A DNA stretch of 62,443 nt, counting the filler, from Rhabdomonas costata (Eukaryota): assembly GCA_019059605.1 (NCBI GenBank). It is 37 parts of 37 records of this genome, joined end to end, with 100 filler letters (N's around TTAATTAATTAA, not from the genome) between each part and the next. Parts side by side here need not be neighbours in the genome. Positions count along the whole stretch, not along the records: positions 21,981 to 23,570 come from JAHMHO010012458.1; positions 23,671 to 25,260 come from JAHMHO010012459.1; positions 25,361 to 26,950 come from JAHMHO010012460.1; positions 27,051 to 28,640 come from JAHMHO010012461.1; positions 28,741 to 30,326 come from JAHMHO010012462.1; positions 30,427 to 32,016 come from JAHMHO010012463.1; positions 32,117 to 33,706 come from JAHMHO010012464.1; positions 33,807 to 35,396 come from JAHMHO010012465.1; 29 more parts are not named here. One strand, written 5' to 3'. Made by a program: the position numbers and the translations under genes. The notes below the pieces were generated by a model. It was not told the DNA's origin and did no database searches. It saw only the letters and a program-made list of their open reading frames with translations. Positions 23,067 to 36,459 of the stretch are shown here, piece after piece; within the stretch, counting starts at the first letter, position 1; every line of letters starts with the position of its first letter.

Positions 23067-25705
23067 CTTTGGGAAGAGGGTGTGAAGTAAATTGGGCAAG
23101 GATAGAGAACTTAGAGGCCTTCCATGAATCCGAAGTTTCCTGGGAAAGGATATTGCACAATGAAAACATGTACAGGTTGCATGGTGGGGGACCAGGAAAA
23201 GCGTTTGCCTTTTGAATTCCGTGCGGGAGGTCTGGATTCTTCAACGCATCCGTGAGCAAGTGGAGGTAGAGCCATTTCCGTGGAGCGGCATGCAGACATG
23301 AAATCCATGAAAGCCGAATGCCCAAGCCGTTTTTGCTGCAGATGTGCAGAGGGGTCAAATAAGAGCCATGTTACCGTGGTGAAGTTCGAATACTACGTAC
23401 TGGTATCGTTGAGTTGAGGTTCCAAAGGACATCGCTGCATTATCCTTATGCGCGGAGGTCAACATGGCAATTCCTGTCCTGCGTTATTTCTTCTTCTGGA
23501 GTGAAAAAGAAAGGAGCGAAAGCAAAGGGATCGCAGGTTCGACCCTGATGGGTAAGTTATCCCCAACCACNNNNNNNNNNNNNNNNNNNNNNNNNNNNNN
23601 NNNNNNNNNNNNNNTTAATTAATTAANNNNNNNNNNNNNNNNNNNNNNNNNNNNNNNNNNNNNNNNNNNNCTTAGCCCCCACTTTGTCAGATGCGAGCAG
23701 CTTTTATTCACTTGAGTGACTGGGACAGTGTGCACATTTGCACACGCTGCGCCTATCTAGGCGCGAAAGAAAATCCGCAGGGAGGAGAAGAGGAAGGAAA
23801 CGGGAAAGACAAGGGGACGAAAGAAAGAAAGAAAGAAAGAGAGGAAGGAAGGAAGCAAGAAAGAAAGGGGTCTAAGCCAAACACGGTGTGCGTGGTCACG
23901 CGCAATTCTGCGCATATAAGAGTAAAAATCCCATTTAAATTAAAATCTGAGAAGACTCACGGCACTGTGGCACAGGCACAAGAGTTCGGGAAGGGTGCAA
24001 CACATAAAACAAACAATTTACAGGAAGGAACGCCAGGAACACAAAACCCCAATTTCGCACTCGCTATTTTACGTTCAGTCACAGTGCAACCAGTCTTTCA
24101 TCAGCTTCTGCTATTTTTGTAAAGCAATGGGCCGGAACGCTTGCCCGCCATAAGATTTTACACCACCGGTGACTCACTGAGGAGGATGTGCGCAGCGCCA
24201 TAGAACCGGCAAAACTGTCCGCTCCTTTTTTTTCTTGAGAGAACGAGACGTTGTAGGAAGTGCATCCCTTGCCTTCCGCTTGGGAGTGAATGAGAGGTAC
24301 GTTCACAACAATGTCCAGTGGTCAAAGTCCGGCAAAACATCAGCCGAACGAAAGTAAAGGGAGAGAGGGAACAACAGCTGAAACGGAAAAACAGCTGAAT
24401 GCAACGCGCACAGCAAAGCAAGAAGAAGAGACGAGGGGAGCATAGAGGAATGGAGATCCGCTCCTCTTGATCCTGAATGGGAATCTGCACGAAACTTGGA
24501 ACACCAGCGTTCCCCCCAACGACCCCAAAGGCCACATGACAGAGGGAGCCCAAGGAGGAATGTGGCAAATGGTTCATGTGCACAAGCTGGTGGTGTCCTT
24601 CAGGAAGACCGAATTACTGGGCATGGTCGATGGTGCAGCAAAAGGTGTGACCAAACCTCCCGAAAGAACCAAAGCAGGACCTCATTAAAAGAAGGAAAGG
24701 CGGTGGAAGAAAAGCCTGCAACGCAGCAAACCAGCGCGCCTGCAGGAGTCAGAAGCGCAGATACAAACCGAACGAAAAATTAATCGGCGTTTTTGTGCGT
24801 CCGACCCCCCCCCCATACACAGCCCCGAATGCTTGGAAGATGCAAAGGCCCTCAGCATTTGGGGTACCTAGAGGCCCCCACACACTGAAAAGCGGAAATG
24901 CAGAATATAAAACGGAAGGGAGAGTGCCCGGTAAAAAGCAAATTTAAAGGTAACAGGGGTGACCCCATGAAGTGCAACGTTACTTTCCGTGTGCTGTGTG
25001 GGAACTTTTGCAGGGACGTTTGCCCGCGTACATCTGCAGGTGCTTGAACACACTCTTCGTTGCCCTCTCAGCCGCCGCCCTGTCCACGCATTTCCCCTTC
25101 ACTTGATTATTCGGTAGCCAAGACAAACACAAACATGCCCAAGGGCACGAAAATACCAAGAATAGGTCCAAAAAAAGCCATGCTTCACATTCGGCATCCT
25201 CATAGCTTGTACGGAATCTCCAAGCCTCTGGGGTGCTCCTGAACCACCTGCACCAAGGCGNNNNNNNNNNNNNNNNNNNNNNNNNNNNNNNNNNNNNNNN
25301 NNNNTTAATTAATTAANNNNNNNNNNNNNNNNNNNNNNNNNNNNNNNNNNNNNNNNNNNNCTCACCTTGGCATCAGCAGCAGCTCATTCAATGGCGGCAA
25401 TAATGTAGTCGTCCAGACTGTACCTGGGCGCAGCGAGGACCCAGCAAACAGATGACGGCACACTTTTGTTTCTCCCCATCTTTACCTCTTCATTCGATCA
25501 CCCGTGAGTTGGTCAAAACGGAGAGCTTGGCACGAAAGAAGCCTTGTGGGTGAAGCGTTGATTAGAGAGCTTTCGGATTGACAATAATTTCTCAACTGGG
25601 ATTGATCAGGGCAAAGGCACGCCGCCAACCAACTTTCGGTAACCTATTTGTTTGCGTGCGCCTCCCTTGTCATGGGCACGAAGCGTAGCTATGTGTTTTT
25701 CTCAG

Positions 25706-26925
25706 GAACCGATGATGTGGTCGCAGAGGCGCTACCTGGACCTCTTCACGCTGGAGCTGCTGAGGCGGCACGGCGGGCCTGTGGGACCCTCTCACTGGCT
25801 AGTCCAGGACCTGCACCACGGGGTGGACGCCCTGCCCCAGGTGGGCTGTTGCTCTGATCTTACCTCCGACCAGAACTTTTTCTTGGCTTACAGTTCGGCC
25901 CGCGATTGTCTTTGTGTATGCTGTGTTTACAAATTTGGCAAACAGCGTCGGATGTGTTATTTATTGCGATAGGATGGGATGGGATCCGATGGGATCGGGT
26001 GGGATATGGCGCGATAGAATCTGTATTGGATTCTGTGTCTTCACGCAGTGGTACTGCAGCCTGCTCAATGTGGCGGGGCACCTGCTGCTGGTGCTGCCCA
26101 GGGTTCCTTCTGCGGGTTCTCGTCTCTTTTTTCCGTTGGTGGGAGGGTTTTGGGGTTTACACATTCTTGCGCGAAGCCTTTCCTGCTTGCAGTTGTTACC
26201 ATCTTCCAGAAATTCACATTGTTTTTTGCAATAATTGCACTGAGTGGGGTCTCTTCAGGGGGTTTATGTGGTTGTTTTTTCGGGTTGATTCGGGTTTGAG
26301 CGGAATTAAGATTGGGATAGGGATTGGGCTCTGAGAAATCGTCTGGTCTTCTACGTTTGTTCAGAGCACATCGGGCTTGTCAGTGGCCTGGTGGTCTCGC
26401 TGACCAGTCATCACTTCCGCGTGCGGATGACGGCGCAGGTATAGTATTGCGAGCATGCTTCCGGTATAGTATTGGTGCTTGAGGTATAGTATTGCTTTGC
26501 TTCAAAAGTATGGTTCCCAAGAGACTTGAAAGAATGAAAATCTTGAAAACGTGCATTTTGGCGGCGCTTTTATAGGGTGTGTTACAAGATTTGTCATTTT
26601 CTTATTGCCCTTCTGAAGACCCCAACAGCCCCATGCAGCTGTAACTCGAAAGTCGGTGACCTTATCTTAGACCTCGAAGTGACCAACTGCATCCACTCTG
26701 CTTGACCACCCCACTTTTCACTCTCTTCTTCTTCTCCTTTTCTTCGTCTCTCCGCAGGTGCTTCTGCACACCTTGGCCCGCGCCAAGGGCCCGCCCTCAG
26801 GCTGGTGCCCCCCTCTCCCCGCCGGTGGCGCCGAGGCCGAGGCGACCTCTCCACCTCCGCCCACGGGTGGAAACCCGTCTGCACAGCTCCTGGACCAGCT
26901 CGTCGCCCATGTTGACACCCAGACC
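25706..26925 (+). CDS. TRM3: Trm3/TARBP1-like tRNA (Gm18) 2'-O-methyltransferase, helical region before the SpoU domain (4 exons, partial)
   Basis: Exons 25706-25840, 26049-26115, 26365-26438 and 26758-end give RRYLDLFTLELL...LPQWYCSLLNVAGHLLL...LVVSLTSHHFRVRMTAQVLL, resembling the TARBP1-family 'RQYLETF...PQ...LLTSHHHSLRGFTQLL' segment. Confidence 0.62.
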
Positions 26926-29900
26926 CACACAACCCAACCACACCCAACACNNNNNNNNNNNNNNNNNNNNNNNNNNNNNNNNNNNNNNNNNNNNTTAATT
27001 AATTAANNNNNNNNNNNNNNNNNNNNNNNNNNNNNNNNNNNNNNNNNNNNGGTTTTGGGGTGGGTGTCAAACGATTAAACGCCATCGTCCACAACACCGT
27101 TATACAAATGACGGCGTTATGCGATATAGAGACGTTATGGGCTCTAACGGTGATACACGACGAAAGACCAAACTAAACCACGGCGTCGTCCCGGCCCACC
27201 ACGGCACTAGCGAACCTGCTTCGTTTTGACGTGTATTGAAATCTAAGCCCCCGCCTCAGCCCCCACCGCTCCGGCCGTTGCTGGGCTTTGATAGATGAGT
27301 GGGGCAGTATAATTTCAGGGCGGAGGCCTCCACGTCATGAGGCCGGAGTGGGGCAGATGGGATAAGAACGTGGCCCAGGGTCCCTGATGACGTAGCGGTT
27401 ATCACATGACCCACATGTCACAATTGCAACCACCGGCAGCGCTAACCACAACTCGACCAACCACTACGGTATCGGGTGAATCACCACTCCTGCAACATCA
27501 AGAAAACGAACCCAGTGATCCAAGATAACTCCCTCATTTCAGGTGGAGCGGCACAAATATACCCGAAGGTAGCACATGGAGGGCAGCACAAAGCCCAGCA
27601 GCACCGCAGAAAATCCTCCAGTGAGCTCCAGGATGAACCCCAGGAAGGCCTGGGGCATCTCTGTGCCTAACACCTGGAAATCCCCACCATCCAATCATCA
27701 TTTCACAGGTCTGTGCATGAATTCCAGCCATGAGCTGCACGTATAAGGGAAGGTAAAACAATGATGTGGTCAACGAGAACAGGCGCCCTAGGAAACGGGC
27801 ACCACTTATTTAACAGCCCCGTTAACGTTTCGCGTGGGCAGCCACAAGACAGAAAAGGGGCCATTTGCAATCCAATGGCGTTAAACGTACAACTACGGCC
27901 AATCGTTTAGCAATGCAGTAAACGGTAATAATTTCCTAACCCCCCTCAAATTAAAGTGTGTCTGTCTAGGTCTGTCTAGAAGGCAGAAATACAATATACC
28001 TAACCCATGATAAAGTGCATTCAGAGGTACCTGACAGAGTTTACCCGACCCATGTAACCTAAGAAAAATATCCACCAAAAAGTGTTCAATTGGAATCTTT
28101 AGCACCGCTAAACGTTTAGCAGTGCAGAGCTAACCGGAGCATCGCCCACCCCAGGGAACGTCCCGACCCATCCGCCGGCTCCCGCCACGCGGCGGACTGG
28201 CATCCACAACGCTGGCCTCCGCCGCTAAAATACTTTGCCCAAACTATCTGTCAAAAGCCCAGCAATTCGACAATTCCCAAAAGCTAAAACGTTCAGCAAT
28301 ACAAATGTCCCCAGAAAGGGAGGGCCTCGGCAGGAAAAAACCGGCTTTGCAGCCGTGCAATAATCACGAAGCGAGCCTTTAATCACGAATGGAATGAAAA
28401 ACAAGAAAAAGACGAAGTGGAGCGGAAACCAGCGAAACATCGCCCTCCAACTAGACGTGGAGCAGTCAAGACGACCACGGCAGGGGGCGGGGCGAGAGAG
28501 AGAGAGAGAGGCAGAATGCAGAATCGGACGCGAGCGGACCAAAGAAACCACGAAGATCAGGATGGTGGTCAGCCAGTGCCTTGCCCGGAACCATGGTGAG
28601 AGGTTTCCGATCACCTGGACGCCCGCCCCGTCCCCGTCCANNNNNNNNNNNNNNNNNNNNNNNNNNNNNNNNNNNNNNNNNNNNTTAATTAATTAANNNN
28701 NNNNNNNNNNNNNNNNNNNNNNNNNNNNNNNNNNNNNNNNGGTGGGGTTTGTATCCTCTCTTCTTCGCCGCGCGGAAGAGAGGATACAATCACCACGCAC
28801 AGAAGTTCGGACATGCGCTCCGCGGTGAAGCTGGGGCTCCAGCAGTACCATAGCAGGGCTGTGGGGGGACATACAAAAAAAACAGTGGTGTGTTGAGCGT
28901 GTTGAGGGGAGGCTGATGTAAAAATGATGTCTCGGGTCATGTGGGCGTCCCCTTTCTCCTGTGCTTGTCATCTCCTGAGGTCACTTGGAGCCTTTCATTC
29001 TCGGCCCTTGAGCGCATCTCAAGCGAGAGCAATTAGCGCTCAAAACGCAAAACGACAGCGGTATGGATGGCACTTCAACCTCATTCTTCATTCCAGACCA
29101 TCCAGAAACTCTGACTTGGCAATGGGTGGACTTTAGGGGAAACACGCCCAATAGAGAGTTAAAGCGCCCCAGCACCTAAAACGCCCCCGAAGACGTGAGT
29201 CCTGAGCTGCTCACGGAGGATTGCAGAGGCAGCCCCAAGGCCAGCTGGCTGCAGGGCCATCGCCTCCGTGCCTGCAGCCCCACACAGAGCACCCGTTCAC
29301 ATGCCACACGACGTCCTAGCCTGGGTCGACTGAAGGTGTGTGGCGATTTCTTTATATTCGACATACTGAAATAGGAAAGGAGAGAAGCACTCCATGGGCA
29401 ACATTACGGCGCAGGGGGTGGAGATTCAAGTGGATGGTGCGGCCACACGCTCCATTTCAGGCACTACCTGCTCCTCAAACCGACGTCTCTCATGGTCTCT
29501 CTGTCTCGAACCCGAACACCTCATCCCACTCGGACTCCGTACCGGAAGAGCACCACTGGGCCACTCCCGCCCGCAGGTGGGTCAACCAACCCGCACCGCC
29601 CGCCACCTCGACCGCCAAGCGCTCCGCAGCGCTGTAGCTGCCCAAGGGAAGGGTACCACAGCCTGCACCCGGCTCGCTGAGGAAGGCGCATAGTACCAGT
29701 AGCGCGGCAGAGGTCACCGTATGGGGAGCGGCTGGAGGCGTTCCCCGCCCACAGGGCTCATCTGCCTTGCCACCAGTGGGGTTCTCGCAGAAGGGCCCCA
29801 GCAAGCAGGCACTGAGGGCAATCCAGGCCGGAAATTGCACTAGCAGGGGCCTGCAGAGACGGGAGACCTCGCCCTAAGCTACCAAAAGACATCTCCGGGA

Positions 29901-30928
29901 GGGGTTGGTGCAGAGCTGTGGGCCCCCCCCCTCTCGCTCCGACAATCATTCGATTCAAAAACGCGAACTGGGACGCCGTCCAGGATTTGATATGCACAGT
30001 TGGGCAGGCTTGGCTCAGTAATACCGTATCAACAATAATCGAAAATAGGGGCTGAGGACCGAGTGGGTCTGGGGGTACACAACCACAAAAGTAGAGAGAA
30101 AAATGCCTGTGTGGTCGCGATTGCTCCGAGAACACGCTGAGCAACCAGGTGAGATAAATATTGTGGGTGTATGTAGAAGCTGAGAGAGCTGTGGATGGAG
30201 TGAGGGAAATACCACGCGCTGCGCAAATGGCACTCCCATGCGGGATCCCTGGGCAAGCCAAGCAGGAGCTCGCCTGAACCATCATGGTCGCCTGAACTCA
30301 GCTGGATACCAGCACCAGGGTAGAGGNNNNNNNNNNNNNNNNNNNNNNNNNNNNNNNNNNNNNNNNNNNNTTAATTAATTAANNNNNNNNNNNNNNNNNN
30401 NNNNNNNNNNNNNNNNNNNNNNNNNNGTGTGGTTTTTTGCCCGCAGGAATCTCCGCAGTGCGCACCGCCGGGCGAGCCGTCACGGATACTCCTTGCTGAG
30501 AGCGCAAAAAACCACTCCTTCCTTGACCAACAAAGAAGAGTACGCTGAGGGATCAGAACTGCACGTGGAAATGAAATGAAAATGGAAATTACTTTCTGAG
30601 GACAAAGTCAAGGGTTAGGATCGCGGGTCGTTATTGATATGCCCCTGCTAATGCCATAATGCTCACACAGGCCAGGCACTGCATGACTAATTTGGAAGGA
30701 AACAGAAAGTAGAGGGGCATCCATGGTGGTCTTGGTTTCTCGCAGACGCGAAAGAGAGATTTTAGAACCACAACATACCGGTACCCACCGTTTTTCGCAG
30801 CAGTGTGTCAGCTGTTGACGTATCAGGTAAGCAATAATCGTCAACTCATGCCAAATTTGTTTCAATAAAAGCTAATCCATCTTCGAATCTTCGAAGAACT
30901 CGTTGGAGGAAGGACGAAAAAAGAGGGC

Positions 30929-31710
30929 CTGGGCGCTGCGAATCGTCTCCTCTGTGATGAGCTCCGCCCAGAACGAGTCCTGCTCTCCAGCTCGCTTGGA
31001 CGCCGCCTTCTGGGCGCCGTCCTTCTGGCTCGAGAAGGCCTCGAAGTTGGAGACCTGGCGCCAAAGGCAAACCCCCACATCCATCAGGACAATATTTTAA
31101 GTGGCTGAACTTCCAGAAAACGCAAAACTGATGCAAACAATTCTGCGATCCAACTTGCATTCCATTTATTCGACTGATAAATCTGTGCCTGGACTTTGAG
31201 CTTCCACTAAAACGAAACAGAAAATGCTCTAAAGTGTTCACAGGGTTCGTCGCAGCCCGGGAGCTCAGGAGGAGTTCAGGAAGAAATGAGCAAACAGGTG
31301 GCATACATTGAAGGAGTTCAAAAACTCCTCCGTGCCGTTCGGCGGGGCAGTACCTGCGAGATAACCACGTGTAGCACAGTTTTTATTCAAAGACTCGCAA
31401 AGAATCGGAGCCTCAGCCACCTCCAGCAGGTTTGGAGCGCCAGCCTCACCACAAACACCAAATGTCTCGACCATCCTAATATCCATGATGCACTGTGCTT
31501 GGGGCTGGGTTTGGGTGCGCCACTGGCTCTCTCTCTTTCTCTTGAATCTGCTGCACCGTCATCTTGGGATATCTCGGCCCTTGACAGGATCTCGTCGATG
31601 TCAATGTTGCCTAGCAGCTCTGCACCAAGGTCTTCGGGCTCCCGCCTCGAGGAGGAAGCTGTGCTGCTGATGTCCTGAAACAAGCTGCGCGCTCCAAACC
31701 GAAGGATCTC
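30929..31710 (-). CDS. CHD-type SNF2 chromatin remodeller, post-helicase region (3 exons, partial)
   Basis: Exons 31710-31557, 31353-31307 and 31054-30929: EILRFGARSLFQ...IDIDEILSRAE...GTEEFLNSFN|VSNF...DSFWAELI (compare CHD1 ILKFGAEELF...DIDEILKRAE...ELLSQFKVANF). Confidence 0.78.
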
Positions 31711-32367
31711 CTGAAAGGCGAAGAAAGAGAGAGAGAAGGCGAAGAAAGAGAGAGAGAGGATCCACACAGTTGCCCATTAACAGACTGACGTTCTGCAGAA
31801 ACCAGAACCCCTGCGGCGTATGGGCTGTCATCCGGTGTGACAGCGAATACAACAAGGACCTGCTGACCTGCCAATAAAATGACTCAGAGCTGCTGTGTGA
31901 TAAAGTGATATAAAATGCCGTCCTGGTCCAACCCGACGCTCGAACAACACGGACCCAGAATATAAACTGCCGAAGACTAGCTTGCATCAGTGAAATGCAA
32001 GGACAGCAGCAACCAGNNNNNNNNNNNNNNNNNNNNNNNNNNNNNNNNNNNNNNNNNNNNTTAATTAATTAANNNNNNNNNNNNNNNNNNNNNNNNNNNN
32101 NNNNNNNNNNNNNNNNGGGTTTGTGGGAGGAGGGGTTGTGCAACCAAAATTGTGTAATTCTAATACCAGCAGCAAATGAAACTCCTGCGAGCCGACGGTG
32201 CCCAAACCCATGATAGAGTGTTTGTGGGCGCCACTATCAACATCGAGCGCCTGCTGTACAGTGTCTAAGCGAATGAGTTTGTAGTACCCAAATGCTGATT
32301 GATGCAGGTTCAAAGGGAAGCTCGCACACAGTGCACATACCCAAACACATATTCGCCTGGCCTGCAG

Positions 32368-33694
32368 GTCACCGGGGGCACGGGGCAGTTCTCCCTGACC
32401 CCGGCTGGGCCGTCGGCGGAGCTGACTCGCGGGACAGAAGGGCGGATGGCCCTGCGATGGCTGGACCCCGTTGGGCTGCCCAAAGAATTCACAGTGCAGG
32501 TGGTGTTTGCCTCCTGTTGCTATTCTCATTTCTCTGTGTTGTGGCCTATATCGTACGTTTTCAGTGTTCGAGAATGTGAGGCGACCCAGTGAGCAGGGGA
32601 AGCTGCTGCTGGGGTTCATGCCTTCTCGTTAATCCTTTGCCGTCTCACGTTTTTCTGCGGGCAACAGAAATCAACTCCCGATGATGTTACTAGATGAGGT
32701 TACCAGGCATATTTTCCTCCTTCTTCCTGCCATGCGAAGTTCTCCTCTGTATCATTTTCGCAGGTTAGTGATGACATCTTCCCAACCGCCGTCAGCTCTG
32801 CGCACGTCCGCGTGGTCGACGTCGAGAAACTGTTTCTCAGTGTTCCTTCCGAGGTTCTTTTTCTTCTATGTTCCTGATGCTGCTCTGAGTTTCTGACCCG
32901 TGCACAGTTTTCCCCCCTCAGCCGAGGGGTCTCCGTCACTGTGGGCTGGCCGACGTCTTCGAATTCAAATCCTCGGGCTGCAGCAGGACAAGTTGCGCAT
33001 CGTCTTTCAATTCATCCTGATTGCATGATTAGTTTTCTCTGGGTTGCACATTTTGTTATTTTCCATTACTTACTTTCCGCGCCCCACTGTGTTTTTTTGG
33101 CCCAGACCCCGCTTTGGTTTTTCTTCTTCTTGCCGCCTATCTTCTTTATCCCTATGCTTCCCACTTGGCCACTTGTATGACCCTGTCTTCTCTCTTTCCT
33201 GTTAGATTGTCCTCCATGTTGGGGAGACCGCGACCATCAACCTCACCGCGATCTACGACTCCACCACGCCCTTCCCGCCTGCCGTCTGCGCAGCTCTATC
33301 CCCCTCCTTCACCACCACCTCCCGTGGGGGCTCGCAGGCCACCCGAATCTCCGTCTCCCCTTCTGCTCCAGGGGGAAGCCCCTGCCAGTTCACCGTGACA
33401 GGGCTGGCGGAGGGCGTTGAGGCAGTGCGGTTTTCTGTGCAGAGCTTGTCTGGCCGAGCCGTGGCCAGCTCCTCCGTGCAGGTCACCGTAGTGGAGCAGC
33501 TCCGGGTGGTCCCCACACAGCTGGTGCTGAAGCAGGGCGTGAGGTTCCAACTCCGGCTCACCGGAGGCGCTGCCTCGGATTCCGCCAAGGGCTCGACCAC
33601 CTTCCGCTCCTCGGACCCTGCGATCGCCGCGGTGGGTCCCGGGGATGGGGTTGTGTTTGGAGTCGCCGTGGGTCATGCTGTGGTCTCCGCAACA
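32368..33694 (+). CDS. NUP210: Nuclear pore membrane glycoprotein gp210, lumenal Ig-like repeats (3 exons, partial)
   Basis: Phase-0 exons 32368-32499, 32764-32853 and 33206-33694: VTGGTGQF...VSDD...AHVRVVDVEKLFL...FTVTGLAEG...SSSVQVTVVEQLRVVPTQLVLKQG...LTGG...FRSSDPAIAAV...GVVFGVAVG. Colinear with gp210. Confidence 0.75.
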
Positions 33695-35316
33695 TGACCC
33701 CCAACCNNNNNNNNNNNNNNNNNNNNNNNNNNNNNNNNNNNNNNNNNNNNTTAATTAATTAANNNNNNNNNNNNNNNNNNNNNNNNNNNNNNNNNNNNNN
33801 NNNNNNGTGGGTGTGTGTGGGTTGTTGGGTGAGCAAAGCGCGACTGGTGTGGGCTGAGACGTAGTTTTTGTCTAGTCCTGTTTTGTTTAGTTTTTGTCTT
33901 GTCCTTCACTGGATGTGCCTTTATTTTTGCTTTCGGTGCTTTCGGCTGGTCCACTGGTGAACAGAATGTTTAGAACAGCGACTTGAGCTCGAGATGTGCA
34001 TTCATGTGAGTGAGCACTCACAACCAAGTGGTTGCGTGTTGTGCCGTACTCTACAACCACGTGCGCGTTCTTTATGTTGCTTCCGCAGCACCTGGCCAGC
34101 ATCTGTTTCATTAAGGCTCATATTCCATTGCCATTACTTTTGGCACTTGTGCCTTAAAAATGATTTCATGCGGATGGGCCATGGAACCTTGTGTGCCATG
34201 ATAAGGATAAGGGTAGTTATGTCATGTTGTGTAGTTAACATTCTGAAAACCATTCAGATTTATTACGGCGGTTTTTGGCAGGCTGTCGCCGATGTCTCTC
34301 TGCAGTGATAGCGTGTTTTCTAGAAGGTTGCGGCACAATTTCTTCAATGGTAGTCTGTAATAAAGTTGCGTAATTGTGCATAACCAGCGCTCTTGGTGCC
34401 AATTTTAGATATGAAACTGGATGTGCAGGTACGGTGGCAAGAGATAAGAGAGCAAAATAGTGTTACGTTGATTTTCAGAGCTGAAGTGTAACTGGATGTT
34501 CATGGTTGAAGATAATGCCATGAAAAGCTGGAGCTCAAATTCTGCTGGATGCTGAGAGCCACAACTGTAACTTTGCCGCAGCGGCTGAAGCTTTGCAATG
34601 CGAACCGTGGACTGCGGATCACATGCCGCTGATAAGGATGGAAACTTGCTGGAAAGAGCGACGTTCCGAATGTGATTAAGCAGTAATAGGTTTGTGATTT
34701 GTTAAATGCCGTTTTTAAGGAATACCGATCTGTGCGCGGAGGTAGCAGTCGGGAGCCCTTGTGCGAAACCACAAAGTATTACAGGCGTATTTTGTGTTTA
34801 CCTCGGGTGTAGCGGAAACAGTAACAGACGCGGCGAGAAGAGTCAAATGTGCCGTCAAAAAGTTGGAAGTTACAGAACGTGATAAACCATCGAATTACAA
34901 ACATGCAAATTGCAAACGGCTAATGCCCAATACACGTAAATGTGGAAATCAGCAATGGCGCCATTAGTTTCATGGTCCGCCGTCCTTCTTATAACTTTGT
35001 TGCAAAGACAAGTGTACGTTTCATCGATTTATAAAACTGGTGGCATTATGCCGCTTCGTTTTGGAACGCTGACAAAGGTAGGGGCAAGGCTTGTTTTCGG
35101 TGCTCTGACAAGGACTGTCGTAGAAGGGCGTCTGCGGTTTCTCGCGGTTTCCTGGGGTGCTCAAATCTTGAGGAGAAAGACTTCATGATCTTGGCCGCCT
35201 GATTGCGGTAGTTTACGTGCTCAAGCGATTCTGGGTCACTCCTCTGCTGCTGTGGCTTCTTGGTCCGTCAGGTTCAGGCAGTGTGTCCTTAACCAACAGG
35301 ATGTTTGGTCGATGTC

Positions 35317-35394
35317 TTGTGTGGCCCGGACCTTGAAGTGGAGGCGTATAAAATAAACGTGAACGCTAGCGGTTGCACGGTCCGGGCCACACAA
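35317..35394. repeat. Contig-terminal inverted repeat, 16-bp arms
   Basis: TTGTGTGGCCCGGACC (35317-35332) versus GGTCCGGGCCACACAA (35379-35394). Confidence 0.85.
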
Positions 35395-35720
35395 CCNNNN
35401 NNNNNNNNNNNNNNNNNNNNNNNNNNNNNNNNNNNNNNNNTTAATTAATTAANNNNNNNNNNNNNNNNNNNNNNNNNNNNNNNNNNNNNNNNNNNNCAAC
35501 CCGTATTCTAGAGTGTATTGGGTGTATCCATCTTGTGTTGTGGTCCCTCTACAATGAATGACCGACGTCACCCAGGTTGCTGCTACTTCACGTGAGTACC
35601 TACTGAGATCATCAAAGAAAAGGGGTGGCGAGGAGGGGCAGAGGGGTCATGAAGCAGCACGGAAGCAGCCAGGCACAAAAGACCGAAGGCGAAAGACAAT
35701 GTCATCAACCCACACCTTAC

Positions 35721-36459
35721 CTCTGTATTGATGTAAGTGCCCACTGTCTGCCCGAGTTCACAGCAGCTGTATAATAAACCCGAAAATGTGCTTGTGGGCA
35801 TAAAAACCAAACGAAAGCACAGAAGTGAAGAAGAGCCTGTGAGCGGCCAGAGCTGTTGGTTTCCGAGCCCTCCGCGGCGAGCTCGTCTGCACCCGCGGGG
35901 CCCTCGCCGGCCTCCGCGGGGTCCGCCGCGAAGAGTTTGCAGAAATCCTCAAACGAAAGCTCGGTTGGGGAACTCTCGGGGTCACCCTGAGGGAAACAAA
36001 TGACAAAAAGACAGCACAGTCGAAGGGAGGGATGGCCACACCCCAAGTGGAGATATCAGAGGGTAAAGTGAAGACAGCTGAACGACAGGTGTATGGGGTC
36101 CATGGTTGCACCTATTTTTCATGCATGGAAGGGGATCATACCAGTCTTTCACCTTCTTCAAATGCCCTCACGAGCATTTCGTCTCGTTTCCAAAAGTAGT
36201 AGAAGTAAAGTAAAAGTAAAAGTAAAAAGTAAAAGCAAAGCAAAAGAAAAGTAGTAAAGGTAGAGTAGCATAGAAAGAAGGAGTGTGTCGCTCAAGGTGG
36301 ATATCCCAACCAACCGTCCTTCGTTTTTCTGAGCTCGTCGTTACCCCCTCTGCTCTCCAAACTGCGCCTTTAGATTGGCTATATTTATTGAGATACCCGG
36401 TCCAGCAAGGCATCGAGGTCGAACGTCAACCCGTACATCGCAACCACGTCCCGAATAGA
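35721..36459 (-). CDS. EF-hand protein, flagellar ODA-DC3-like C-terminal EF pair (3 exons, partial)
   Basis: Exons 36459-36397, 35986-35837 and 35747-35721: SIRDVVAMYGLTFDLDALLDR|GDPESSPTELSFEDFCKLF. The EF loop is degenerate. Confidence 0.55.
36195..36270. repeat. Degenerate (GTAAAA)n simple repeat in an intron
   Basis: Direct inspection. Confidence 0.8.

Noticed and set aside
23329..23358. Ankyrin-like TPLHICSKNG
   Set aside because: There is an in-frame stop just upstream with no acceptor. The segment overlaps a likely CTGCAG acceptor, so the match is probably chance.
23536..23545. GGTTCGACCC B-box, possible tRNA or SINE
   Set aside because: No A-box, acceptor stem or cloverleaf upstream.
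30591..30600. ACTTTCTGAG resembling the start of the Euglena spliced leader (also at 46345)
   Set aside because: The match stops after 10 nt, with no T-tract, donor or Sm site following.
33695..33697. Premature TGA in gp210 (pseudogene or recoding)
   Set aside because: It lies about 10 nt from the contig end, next to the primer-like A/C tract, so it is unreliable.
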